This document shows, one piece after another, positions 17,332 through 25,820 of a stretch of 32,000 nt of DNA. The position numbers and the translations under genes were made by a program. Source of the stretch: Candidatus Heimdallarchaeota archaeon B3_Heim. GTDB lineage: Archaea > Asgardarchaeota > Heimdallarchaeia > Hodarchaeales > Hodarchaeaceae. Below the pieces are notes generated by a model, which did not search any database, had not been told where the DNA came from, and was given only the letters and a program-made list of their open reading frames with translations. Position 1 is the first letter of the stretch, and each line of letters starts with the position of its first letter. The DNA lies in contig NJBF01000002.1 of assembly GCA_003144275.1 (NCBI GenBank), positions 90,001-122,000 of the forward strand. Reading direction: 5' to 3'.

Positions 17332-18904
17332 CTCATTACTCGTTATTGGTGGATTATCAGGAGGAGTCATCCTAGGACTAGTTTTGCTCTGGCTGTTAGG
17401 GAAACCAGTTTTTTCCTTACCGCTACTCGCGGCTCCTCGGTGGACAAAAAAACACCTTTACGTCATCGCTCAGCAACATAATATCAAGAATCGGTCCAAG
17501 ATGTCTCGAGACGCGTTGTTACGAAAAACTCGAGGATTAAGACCCCGCTATCCCCCAACAAAAATCCCTTCACGAGTTCAGAAATTATCAGTTAAACCCC
17601 AAATCCGACCAAAACGTCGCCCAAAACAACGGGGTTTTCACAAGGGAATGGATCTTCATACCTGGGTAGTGGAGAGAAATAGACACTTGAAGGAAATTGA
17701 GAAAATTAAAGAGCCTCAAAAACGGATTCAAGCGGTGAATAAGCTTCAAAAAAATGCGGACAAATATAGTCAATCCTCCTGGATGACGCCTGACAATCCG
17801 TATGCTAGAGTCCGTAGAGATGCTAAACGAGAGATCCAACAGCATAAGATTGAGGTAAAACAACGAGCTAGAATAACTACTATTAAGACGGAAAAAGACC
17901 CTGAACAGATTCTCAAATTCACTGATGAAGAATATAAAATCTGGTTGAATGCTCTGTCGGCTAAAGACCGTGAACACTATCCTCATTCCCATCATGCTTA
18001 CATGAATAATTATTATCTGTATGAAAATCCCAAGAAAATCAAATATCGGTTCATGGATACAGGTCTTTCGGCCAAAGAAGCGGACTATCAGGTTTTCTTA
18101 ACAGGAAAAGAGGAATGGGAGCGACAAAGATATCCTAAACGTGTAATTGAATATGAAAAAAATCTGCGCTTATATAAAGATGGGCGGATCGCCAGGTATC
18201 GCCCCAAGGATAAACAACCTCGGGCCAGTGATATGAGCACAGCCACCCCTGACAAACGAATCGACGCCATAGTTGAAGGAAAAGCCATTCGGGGAGCTAC
18301 GCGAGAAGAACGACGCATTGCTCATGATATTCGGAAAGCAGGGGAAACAGGCGCTAAATTTGGTACGGGAGGATTTTTGAGTAAACGGCAGAGTCAAATT
18401 ACAAAACTCACGGCTGAAGAACGTAAGCTTGTCAAACGAGGGATGACTCCGATTCAAGCGAGACGATTCACCGAAAGAATCCAAAGTGCGGGGGCGGATC
18501 TTCAAACCATAGACTTACGTTCGTTAGATATCGAGTCTCAGGAGGGAATGGAAGGCTATATGGAAACACTCGCGTCAGATCAGTGGGAGGCAGCATTTGG
18601 AGGGGTGTATGGTCCCCAAAAACGTTTCAAAATTCTTCCTGCCAAGTTTGCACCTAAAGTTGTATTTCAAAACCTCGGGTGTGGGAAAGGCTCAATCATG
18701 GCCGTAGTTGAAGATCAGGGCGATTATTCACAACAACTGATAACCAAGGCGACCTACCAAGTAAAAGAAGCGGAGGCGGAAAACTTGGGCGATGGGACTA
18801 TCATGGTTAAAGGAAAAACCAAAGGCAATCAGGAATTTAACCATTTTGTGCAAACGACTGACAGTTTAGAGGGAATCAAGAAAAAAGTAAGGAAAACAAA
18901 GTAA
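17324..18904 (+). CDS. TM leader + Rho_N/HeH-like nucleic-acid-binding motif + multi-domain basic cargo
   Basis: TM, then LLAAPR; KKHLYVIAQQHNIKNRSKMSRDALL fits the Rho_N-like pattern; second internal LPAKFAPK motif. Confidence 0.7.
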   Translation: MVDSLLVIGGLSGGVILGLVLLWLLGKPVFSLPLLAAPRWTKKHLYVIAQQHNIKNRSKMSRDALLRKTRGLRPRYPPTKIPSRVQKLSVKPQIRPKRRPKQRGFHKGMDLHTWVVERNRHLKEIEKIKEPQKRIQAVNKLQKNADKYSQSSWMTPDNPYARVRRDAKREIQQHKIEVKQRARITTIKTEKDPEQILKFTDEEYKIWLNALSAKDREHYPHSHHAYMNNYYLYENPKKIKYRFMDTGLSAKEADYQVFLTGKEEWERQRYPKRVIEYEKNLRLYKDGRIARYRPKDKQPRASDMSTATPDKRIDAIVEGKAIRGATREERRIAHDIRKAGETGAKFGTGGFLSKRQSQITKLTAEERKLVKRGMTPIQARRFTERIQSAGADLQTIDLRSLDIESQEGMEGYMETLASDQWEAAFGGVYGPQKRFKILPAKFAPKVVFQNLGCGKGSIMAVVEDQGDYSQQLITKATYQVKEAEAENLGDGTIMVKGKTKGNQEFNHFVQTTDSLEGIKKKVRKTK

Positions 18905-18914
18905 AAGAAGGTGA

Positions 18915-19388
18915 ATGAAAATATCTAGCTATTCAGAGGTAATATTAGTATTTGCGATTTTTGGTGTGGGTTTTCTAGCACTTGTCCTTCTGTGGAAATT
19001 GAAGAATCCTCATCAATCAATTTTATACTTGCCCGGAGTTCCGCGCATTTTTGCGCCCAGGTTTCATTATGACGTTTCAAATTTAACTCGTGAGGAATTA
19101 GAGTCTCGATTTCGTCAGGAGACAGGGCTGACGGGCGTTTATGCTGATAAAGAAAAACGCCGGCGATTATCGAGAATTTATATCCAGCGTGAGAGAGAGG
19201 CGCGTCTCGGGAGACGGACTCAACAATTTCAACCAAACCAGACCTCTGTCGAAAGAATGGGTCTTCCTAAAGTGGATAACGAGACTATGGAAATGTCCAG
19301 GATTAATATCACGTGGAAACAAAAAGCAGCAGCGCCTCGTGTTCTCCACAAATTGTCCAGAATACAAAGAAGAAAGGAGTTGAAATGA
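18915..19388 (+). CDS. TM-leader family protein with basic helical cargo
   Basis: LVLLWKLKNPHQSILYLPGVPRIFAPR leader; GGTGA RBS. Confidence 0.75.
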   Translation: MKISSYSEVILVFAIFGVGFLALVLLWKLKNPHQSILYLPGVPRIFAPRFHYDVSNLTREELESRFRQETGLTGVYADKEKRRRLSRIYIQREREARLGRRTQQFQPNQTSVERMGLPKVDNETMEMSRINITWKQKAAAPRVLHKLSRIQRRKELK

Positions 19389-19389
19389 A

Positions 19390-19866
19390 ATGGTTGGTGC
19401 AGTAGAACTAACAATTATTGTGGGCTTAGGGTTAGCTGGTCTCGCGGCATTACTTCTTTTATGGAAGTTACAACATCCGCAGAGTAAGATGATGATTCAG
19501 ATTCCAGGGCTTCCTGTCATGCTTGCCCCGAGTAGATCGGAACGTTTCAAACGCTTTGCAGGAAGTACGGCTAGACATGGTTATGGGACAGTCCAGGAGG
19601 TTCGCAAAACAGATGAATATCGCCGTCTTCTGAACGTGAGTTCATCCAAGGCAGCGGAAGGCTCCTCACGCGTCATTCTAGAAGAATTTCATCAATCCCC
19701 TCGAAAGGACCAGGTTCGGATGAAACGCATGGTGTATTTAGCGTCTCAATCCGCCGCTAAAGGGTCTAGGAGTGAGCGGTTTTCCCCCGACACGCGTACT
19801 AAACTCGCGGATATCGCGACCGTTTATCAGGAAACCCATCGAGAAATGCGGGTCAAACCCAAATAA
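19390..19866 (+). CDS. TM-leader family protein with basic cargo
   Basis: LLLLWKLQHPQSKMMIQIPGLPVMLAPS leader, clearly paralogous to the leader of 18915. Confidence 0.75.
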   Translation: MVGAVELTIIVGLGLAGLAALLLLWKLQHPQSKMMIQIPGLPVMLAPSRSERFKRFAGSTARHGYGTVQEVRKTDEYRRLLNVSSSKAAEGSSRVILEEFHQSPRKDQVRMKRMVYLASQSAAKGSRSERFSPDTRTKLADIATVYQETHREMRVKPK

Positions 19867-19903
19867 AAAGGAAAACATGAATAATAGGAGTTGATAATTA
19901 ATT

Positions 19904-20371
19904 ATGGTAGAGGTTAAGGATTTAGTTATCATAGCTGGCTTAGCCATTGCTGGTATAGCCCTGTTTTATCTCGTTCAGTGGTATATAACTTATCGCAAGT
20001 TCAAACAAGGGTTCGATATTGGCATGACTATCGCTCAAGACGAGCGAACACAGACTGGCTTACGATCAGTTTCTGATCGTTTCAAACACTTCACCGCCAA
20101 AAATAATCCCCTTCGTGCTTCTCGGCAACGGTTGATTCAAGCCCCTCGTGTTCTGATCGATAATTTAACGAGAACAGAGCAAAGAAAATTGAGAAAGGAA
20201 ACCCGAGAATTCGTAAAACGTACTGATCCTAACTGGCAAAATTACTCGACTTTAGGAAAGCAAAGGGCAATAACGGCAGAGGCTAATAGAAGATTAAACC
20301 CCCGACATATTTCTGCTCAATTTGAATACGATCTCAAAAGAGAATATGACTTGATCAATAGAAATAAATGA
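19904..20371 (+). CDS. TM-leader family protein with basic cargo
   Basis: N-terminal TM; LIQAPR motif further downstream; AGGAG RBS. Confidence 0.75.
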   Translation: MVEVKDLVIIAGLAIAGIALFYLVQWYITYRKFKQGFDIGMTIAQDERTQTGLRSVSDRFKHFTAKNNPLRASRQRLIQAPRVLIDNLTRTEQRKLRKETREFVKRTDPNWQNYSTLGKQRAITAEANRRLNPRHISAQFEYDLKREYDLINRNK

Positions 20372-20380
20372 GCCGGGGGC

Positions 20381-20614
20381 ATGATTCCTATCCCTGATCT
20401 GTGGAGGGAAATGAAAGATCAGGGTTATACCCGATCAGAATTTGAGCGAGAATTATTCCGTTTGGAGAACGAACGGACAATTGACATACAAACTGCGTCT
20501 CAACCACGCTTTATATCTGACTCTGATCGAAATCTAGGCATCCCTCATCAAAGACGAGGGCATTTGAATTATGTTCTCTTCCGATACAATCCCAAAAAAC
20601 CAATGAGGCGATAA
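20381..20614 (+). CDS. Small winged-helix-like protein (77 aa)
   Basis: IPIPDLWREM...TRSEFERELFRLE...IDIQ pattern resembles wHTH domains; lies within the operon. Confidence 0.55.
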   Translation: MIPIPDLWREMKDQGYTRSEFERELFRLENERTIDIQTASQPRFISDSDRNLGIPHQRRGHLNYVLFRYNPKKPMRR

Positions 20615-20626
20615 TCCGAAGGTGAT

Positions 20627-21775
20627 TTGATGTTCGACCGAATCAAGACTTTTCTACCAACGATATTTGTCGCACCCAAAGTAAGGAAAATAACCAGCCG
20701 CCAGAAACCATTATCTGACTTTTTCCGCCGTTCTTCTGATCAAAGAAATCCTGTGACTCGAACCCTTCAGAAAATCCGAAATGATCTAACTAAGGAAGAT
20801 CAGAAAGAAGTAGTTATTCCCCAAAGAATTAAAGCTGATTCATTATTAAAACAAGCTAAACAGATTAAACTAAAATCAGATGAACGATACTATGTTTTTT
20901 ATGAAAATGACTATACTCATCGCCCTCAAATGACTGATAAAATAGCTCGATTACCAGATAAAATTAATGAGTCGAAATATCGATTTAATTTGAGATGGAA
21001 AGGAAAGAAAGAACCTGCTTTAGTTATTATTGCCGCTTCCAATGCGTCTGAAGCGAGGCGAAAACTCGCGGATCGCGGAAAAATTGATGTCCTTCTTACA
21101 GATACCGAATATAAAGATCGTAGAGAGATTAGAAAATTCGGGTTAAAATCTTATTATGAAGATGGGCAGTTTATTGGGTGGAGAGGCAAGATTAATCCGA
21201 AAATCTGGCAAGAAGTAACCAAATTTGGCCAGTTAACACAAGGTTCCGAATATTCAGCTGAAGAAAGTGCCGAATCTTGGCGGGGCAGAAGATCGAAGAA
21301 AGCCCAAATAAAGCGTGACCAAGCGACCAAGGCAACACAGCGATCTAAAGCGCATTGGGATGAAGCGACAAAGCTAGGAAAACAAATTCCTCTTGGTCAA
21401 CCTATTTTAGTCGGTCATCATTCTGAAAAAAGACATCGGAGACATATCGAAAGAATTGATAGCCATGGCTTTAAAGGACTAGAAGAACACAGAAAAGCTG
21501 AGCGTTTAACAAGACAGGCTGAAAACTTAGAATACATGGCGAGACAGAAAAAAGGGATAGCTGCACAACAACATGAAGCTCATAGAGATACAATTCGACG
21601 ACGTGTTAAACAAGGGAATACTCGAATATTCTTTCATGGAGCTGCTTATGGTGAGGGAACGGTGACTAAAGTATTCAAAAAATCTGCGAGAGTTAAATTT
21701 GATAAATCTGGCTTAGAAACCACAATTGATATGAATTTATTACAACCCGTGAATGGTTCAAAAATAAAGAATTAA
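20627..21775 (+). CDS. DUF3560-domain protein with C-terminal SH3/KOW-like barrel
   Basis: IPLGQPILVGHHSEKRHRR is the DUF3560 signature; C-terminal YGEGTVTKVFKKSARVKFD; N-terminal LPTIFVAPK; GAAGGTGAT RBS. Confidence 0.8.
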   Translation: MMFDRIKTFLPTIFVAPKVRKITSRQKPLSDFFRRSSDQRNPVTRTLQKIRNDLTKEDQKEVVIPQRIKADSLLKQAKQIKLKSDERYYVFYENDYTHRPQMTDKIARLPDKINESKYRFNLRWKGKKEPALVIIAASNASEARRKLADRGKIDVLLTDTEYKDRREIRKFGLKSYYEDGQFIGWRGKINPKIWQEVTKFGQLTQGSEYSAEESAESWRGRRSKKAQIKRDQATKATQRSKAHWDEATKLGKQIPLGQPILVGHHSEKRHRRHIERIDSHGFKGLEEHRKAERLTRQAENLEYMARQKKGIAAQQHEAHRDTIRRRVKQGNTRIFFHGAAYGEGTVTKVFKKSARVKFDKSGLETTIDMNLLQPVNGSKIKN

Positions 21776-21808
21776 AGTAACCGTATCAAAATCTCCGAGG
21801 TAAGCGAA

Positions 21809-22702
21809 ATGGACACCTGGACCATCATCCTATTGCTAATGTTCAGTTTATTGATTATTCTTCTTTTACTATTATTTTTCTCTAATCCGAATACTACCAG
21901 TATTTTGGGGATCCCTTTTCAGTTATTTGAAGCCCCTCGAAAGGTAGCAATCGGGGCGGTTAGACGCATTCGAAAGCGCAATTATATCGGCACAGGGGAA
22001 TATTCAGAGGCGTTTTTAGTTGATGATATGGTTGTTAAACGGAACCGAGAAAGGTCTTATTATAATCCCCGTCTCTATAAGAGAAGAGAATTTCTCAAAA
22101 AGTCCAAGGAGGAGATGAGTGGTGAATACAATCTCTATACACAATTAAAAAGTAAAAATTACACGCTGTTGCCTGAATGGATGCACCAATATCAGGGCAC
22201 TAATGCTCGGTATTACTTGATCCGTGAACCCGCGAAAATTCCTCTTCAGGAGGGCCAAGAAAAAAAATGGTTCCCTCAATGGCGAAAAAATGCTGTTTCA
22301 CAAAAAGCATACAATAAATTCTCCCTAGAATTGTTTCAGATTGCTAGGGATCATGGACATTTTGAAGATCGACTTCAGCCTGGATTGCGAGAAGATGGCT
22401 CATTATTCCTGTATGATTTAGGTCATTTTAAAGTGCGAGAGACCCTTGGCCATGATCCTGAAGAGAGGGAATGGAAACGCCTGGAAAGCTACTATACAAC
22501 AATGAATCGTCTAGATGGGTTGAGTGAACAAATCGAGCTTCCCTATACGATTCCTGACTTTGTCATCAATGATCATATTGGTTATTATAAAAGGGAAATC
22601 AGAGAACGAAAAGCCAAGGGCTATCCTAAAGGGATGCTTGAATATCACCAAAACGAACTTCAGAGATGGGAGCGAGTGAAACAGACGAAAGAAATAAGTT
22701 GA
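21809..22702 (+). CDS. TM leader + protein-kinase-like domain
   Basis: IGTGEYSEAF Gly loop, MVVK lysine, GEYNLY helix-C glutamate, EDRLQPG catalytic-loop variant and YDLG (DFG equivalent). Confidence 0.7.
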   Translation: MDTWTIILLLMFSLLIILLLLLFFSNPNTTSILGIPFQLFEAPRKVAIGAVRRIRKRNYIGTGEYSEAFLVDDMVVKRNRERSYYNPRLYKRREFLKKSKEEMSGEYNLYTQLKSKNYTLLPEWMHQYQGTNARYYLIREPAKIPLQEGQEKKWFPQWRKNAVSQKAYNKFSLELFQIARDHGHFEDRLQPGLREDGSLFLYDLGHFKVRETLGHDPEEREWKRLESYYTTMNRLDGLSEQIELPYTIPDFVINDHIGYYKREIRERKAKGYPKGMLEYHQNELQRWERVKQTKEIS

Positions 22703-22783
22703 TTAGTATGCTTGACAAATTGAAGGCACTGATACCGCCCATTCCTTTTTTTAAAGTCTCTGTCTGAAAGCCGGTGAAGAACT

Positions 22784-22826
22784 CTCTCTGGACGCTTTTA
22801 TTGAATATTGTAAGCAGCTCTTTGCT
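22784..22826 (+). repeat. Dispersed repeat A, copy 2
   Basis: CTCTCTGGACGCTTTTATTGAATATTGTAAGCAGCTCTTTGCT versus CTCTTTGGGCGCTTTTATTGAGTATTGTAAACAGCTCCTTTCT at about 9983. Confidence 0.75.
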
Positions 22827-22919
22827 GATTAGCTTTTGAAATGAGTATGTATTACATAAACTAAAAAAATCTTGATCTCCCCTCTAATCTTTTTTCGAGC
22901 TAGCTTTACTTGGTAAATA

Positions 22920-22959
22920 TCTGGGTATTTCGTCAAAATCCACTTTTACGACGTTTTTA
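22920..22959 (+). repeat. Dispersed repeat B, copy 2
   Basis: TCTGGGTATTTCGTCAAAATCCACTTTTACGACGTTTTT aligns with 7919-7959. Confidence 0.7.
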
Positions 22960-23101
22960 TCAAAACTTAACGAAAGGGACGGTAGAGCAGGTTAGGAATT
23001 ATGTAAAAGAGCTAGCGAATACGATTTAATTTTCCCCTGTTCTTTCCGAATCCTCTTATATCTCCTTTTACTCAGACATAATCTTACAATCTTAATCCTT
23101 G

Positions 23102-23129
23102 AATACAAGTTACAATAGGAACTTGTATT
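23102..23129. promoter_or_regulatory. Perfect 10-8-10 palindrome, operator or terminator
   Basis: AATACAAGTT-acaatagg-AACTTGTATT followed by a T-run, about 70 bp upstream of a wHTH gene. Confidence 0.5.
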
Positions 23130-23196
23130 TTTTTGTCTTCATTAATTATAAATATTTGGAGAACATAAAACTACCATACTTCATTAATGCCATGAG

Positions 23197-23421
23197 ATGA
23201 GAATTGGAGGCGAATGGATGTTATCTTATGAAGAATTCAAGTTAAGAGTGGAAACCCAGCTAAAGAAGAATCCCGATGGACTGACTTGGTCTGAAATCAA
23301 AGAGAATGAAAACCTTCCTCAGAAGTATCCAAACAATATTTGGGTTAGAAAGTTAGAAGAAGACATTAAACTTAAAAGGGAAAGAGTACGAGGGAGAATG
23401 ATTTGGAAGTTGGGTGAATGA
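23197..23421 (+). CDS. Small winged-helix DNA-binding protein
   Basis: NPDGLTWSEIKE helix-turn-helix, with wing LKRERVRGRMIWKL. Confidence 0.65.
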   Translation: MRIGGEWMLSYEEFKLRVETQLKKNPDGLTWSEIKENENLPQKYPNNIWVRKLEEDIKLKRERVRGRMIWKLGE

Positions 23422-23470
23422 TTAAATTTTTCTTTCTATTTTAGATATACTGATAAAGGATGTTGAATTT

Positions 23471-24280
23471 GTGTCAATGATAATTGAAGACTTAACAATT
23501 TTAGGCCGAGCTGCACCTGATTTAATGAAAAGTAAAATGGTTAAAACATTTTGTGTTGCAGGATATTCTCCATCTAGGGGTTTCATTAGAGTGTATCCTA
23601 CGTCTATTGATTGCCCTATGAAATTTTGGAACGTTGTTAGGGTTCCATTAGAGCGAAATCTTCAAGATAGTAGGTTTGAAAGCTGGAAAATTCAAGGTTC
23701 AAAATCCGAATGGGATAATCTTGATAGTAAAATCGAAGAAATTGGTACATATCCCAAAAAAGAAAGACGACAACTTGTTTTCAATCTTGTTGATGGTTGC
23801 CGTAATGATATTAACGATGCCCATAGGAGTTTGGGAATTATTAAGCCCACAAAAATTAAGGGTTACTTTCAGGAACGAGAAAAAATATCAGAAAGCGAAC
23901 AAAAAACTCTTTTAGACTTTTTAGATATTCCAAAACCTAAAAATCATTGGATTAAAACAAAAGCTGAATATCAATTCATACCTTATATTAAATATACTTG
24001 TTCTGACTGTAAATCCAAGCAAGGGTATCATAATCAACAATTGCTTTCTATTGAAGCTTACGAATGGATGCGGAAACACCCTGATAATCTTGATCAACTT
24101 TGGGAGAATTTTCGAATCAATGATAAAGATTACGATGCATATTTATTCATTGGTAATCAAGCTCGTCGTCGAAACGCGTTTATGGTAATTAGTATTTTGA
24201 GATTCAAAAAATCTAATTATTCATTGTCACGGACAAGACCATTAATCCCTTGGAAAAAAGTAGAAAAACCCAAATCATAG
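23471..24280 (+). CDS. OB-fold/Zn-ribbon-like protein of the family commonly found next to DUF488
   Basis: FCVAGYS..RGFIRVYP, DSRFESWKI, SLGIIKP, YTCSDC...HN and LFIGNQ motifs; paralog of 26006. Confidence 0.6.
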   Translation: MSMIIEDLTILGRAAPDLMKSKMVKTFCVAGYSPSRGFIRVYPTSIDCPMKFWNVVRVPLERNLQDSRFESWKIQGSKSEWDNLDSKIEEIGTYPKKERRQLVFNLVDGCRNDINDAHRSLGIIKPTKIKGYFQEREKISESEQKTLLDFLDIPKPKNHWIKTKAEYQFIPYIKYTCSDCKSKQGYHNQQLLSIEAYEWMRKHPDNLDQLWENFRINDKDYDAYLFIGNQARRRNAFMVISILRFKKSNYSLSRTRPLIPWKKVEKPKS

Positions 24281-24315
24281 TTGTAAAAAGGATCTTCAGA
24301 CGGTCTTTAAAGAAG

Positions 24316-25488
24316 ATGGATTGGCAAATTGTGAGTCGTCGCCAAACAAAAGCTCTAGATGATTTTTTAAATAATTCTAAACGAGAAATTAGAAGAGGAA
24401 GTGTGGTATCAGGAATGAGAATTAAAATTACAAATATAGTTATACCGTGGTATGCACCACGTGAAGAAGTTGATAAGGAATTTCTTGGTGAATTAGCTGT
24501 AAGTATGGATAAGGATGGGCAATGGGATGATATAATCCTTCGTCATAATGAAGCTGGGGAATATGAACTCATCTCAGGTTTTCAAAGGCTTAATGCTGCG
24601 AAATCTTTGAAGTGGGAAGAAATTAATGCTAAAGTTCTCGATATAACAGAGAATGATGCAGCAGTTATGGCGTTAGAAAGTAATATTCTTCGTAGAGGAT
24701 TAAAAGAGATTGAAGAAGGGAAAGCAATTCAGAAAATGATTGACAAATATGGATATACACATAAACAGGTTGCAGAGAGATTAAGAAAAAGCCAAAACTG
24801 GATTAGTAATAGACTATCTTTGGCAATGGATATAACAGACTTAGTAAAAAAGGCTATGATTGATCAAAAACTATCTGTTACTCAAGCCATTGAAATTGGA
24901 AAACTTTCAAAAAAAGACCAAGATAAATTTTTGGCCATTGTTCTTAAGAAAGTTGAAGAAAACGATGGGAGGCCAATTTCTGTAGAAGAAACTAGAATTC
25001 TCCGTAAGCGTTTTACAAATGATACTATTTTTACAATTGGTTATAGTGGATGGGACATTGATGATTTTTTAAACACACTTAAAGATAATAAGATAGGTGT
25101 TTTAGTTGATATTAGAGAAAGTACAAAGTCCCAACGAAAACCTGAATTTAGTGGACGATTATTAGAAAAAAGAGTTAAGGAACTTGGTATAAAATACTTC
25201 GGTAGACCACAACTAGGGGTTCCTTGGGATATCCGTGCGGCAGTTTTTGAAAATGGCTTATCGTCTAATTGTTTTAAAGAATGGTACATTTGGCACGTTA
25301 CAAAAAGAGACGAGAAAAACAAAGCATTTGAAACAGCCAGAGAATTAAAAGATGTTGGAGCTCCCGCTTTCATGTGTATGGAACGTTATCCAAAACCGAG
25401 CGGAAAACAGGAACATTACTGTCACCGTGACTTTTTAGCTGAATTGATACTAAAGGAACAAATCTTTGAGAAACGAATCGATTTATGA
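24316..25488 (+). CDS. ParB/Srx + HTH fused to C-terminal DUF488 domain
   Basis: YELISGFQRLNAAK and ALESNILRRGL (ParB); AERLRKSQNWIS (HTH); TIFTIGYSG, LVDIR, LG..MCME and CHR (DUF488). ORF is open from 24250; 24316 is the probable start. Confidence 0.8.
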   Translation: MDWQIVSRRQTKALDDFLNNSKREIRRGSVVSGMRIKITNIVIPWYAPREEVDKEFLGELAVSMDKDGQWDDIILRHNEAGEYELISGFQRLNAAKSLKWEEINAKVLDITENDAAVMALESNILRRGLKEIEEGKAIQKMIDKYGYTHKQVAERLRKSQNWISNRLSLAMDITDLVKKAMIDQKLSVTQAIEIGKLSKKDQDKFLAIVLKKVEENDGRPISVEETRILRKRFTNDTIFTIGYSGWDIDDFLNTLKDNKIGVLVDIRESTKSQRKPEFSGRLLEKRVKELGIKYFGRPQLGVPWDIRAAVFENGLSSNCFKEWYIWHVTKRDEKNKAFETARELKDVGAPAFMCMERYPKPSGKQEHYCHRDFLAELILKEQIFEKRIDL

Positions 25489-25532
25489 AATACATAATTC
25501 AATTTTGTTAATTGAAAGATTTTCCTTACAAA

Positions 25533-25814
25533 TCATCTCTCCCTTTTTTTTAATAACTCAATCATTATCTCAATCTGTTCTTTAAATTCTTCTAGCATTT
25601 CTGAACTTAACATTTCTTCTGATTTCCTTAAACGTATATCCATTAGTCTCTCATAGCATCTAAAAATTAAAAAAAAATCATATATTGAATTCCATATCCC
25701 CTTTTTAATAAAATACCGATCGTTGTAATTTATTAGTTTTCTTAGAGTGTTTAATGGAAGATCAGGATCACTATCAATCATTTTTAATTTCTTTCTTGTA
25801 GTAGATCTAAGCAA
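25533..25814 (-). CDS. Hypothetical helical protein (93 aa)
   Basis: Complete ORF in the gap between two + genes; its start is next to a tandem palindrome. Confidence 0.45.
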   Translation of the reverse strand: MLRSTTRKKLKMIDSDPDLPLNTLRKLINYNDRYFIKKGIWNSIYDFFLIFRCYERLMDIRLRKSEEMLSSEMLEEFKEQIEIMIELLKKRER

Positions 25815-25820
25815 GTTTTC

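Larger units (their letters stand above)
1..22832 (+). mobile_element. Putative integrated provirus/membrane-associated mobile element (left end outside window, right end uncertain), interrupted by an AT-rich defence block
   Basis: Tightly coupled + strand operons of orphan membrane proteins, an ATPase-nuclease, glycoproteins and effector-like domains. Mosaic base composition. No housekeeping genes. No integrase or att site is visible, so the boundaries are approximate. Confidence 0.55.

Noticed and set aside
115-20000. Antisense and overlapping ORFs (e.g. 115..303, 677..868, 861..1172, 2474..2698, 7437..7751, 13880..14789, 16747..18505, 18925..19947)
   Set aside because: They lie inside longer genes with clear motifs or operon coupling and lack RBS or domain evidence.
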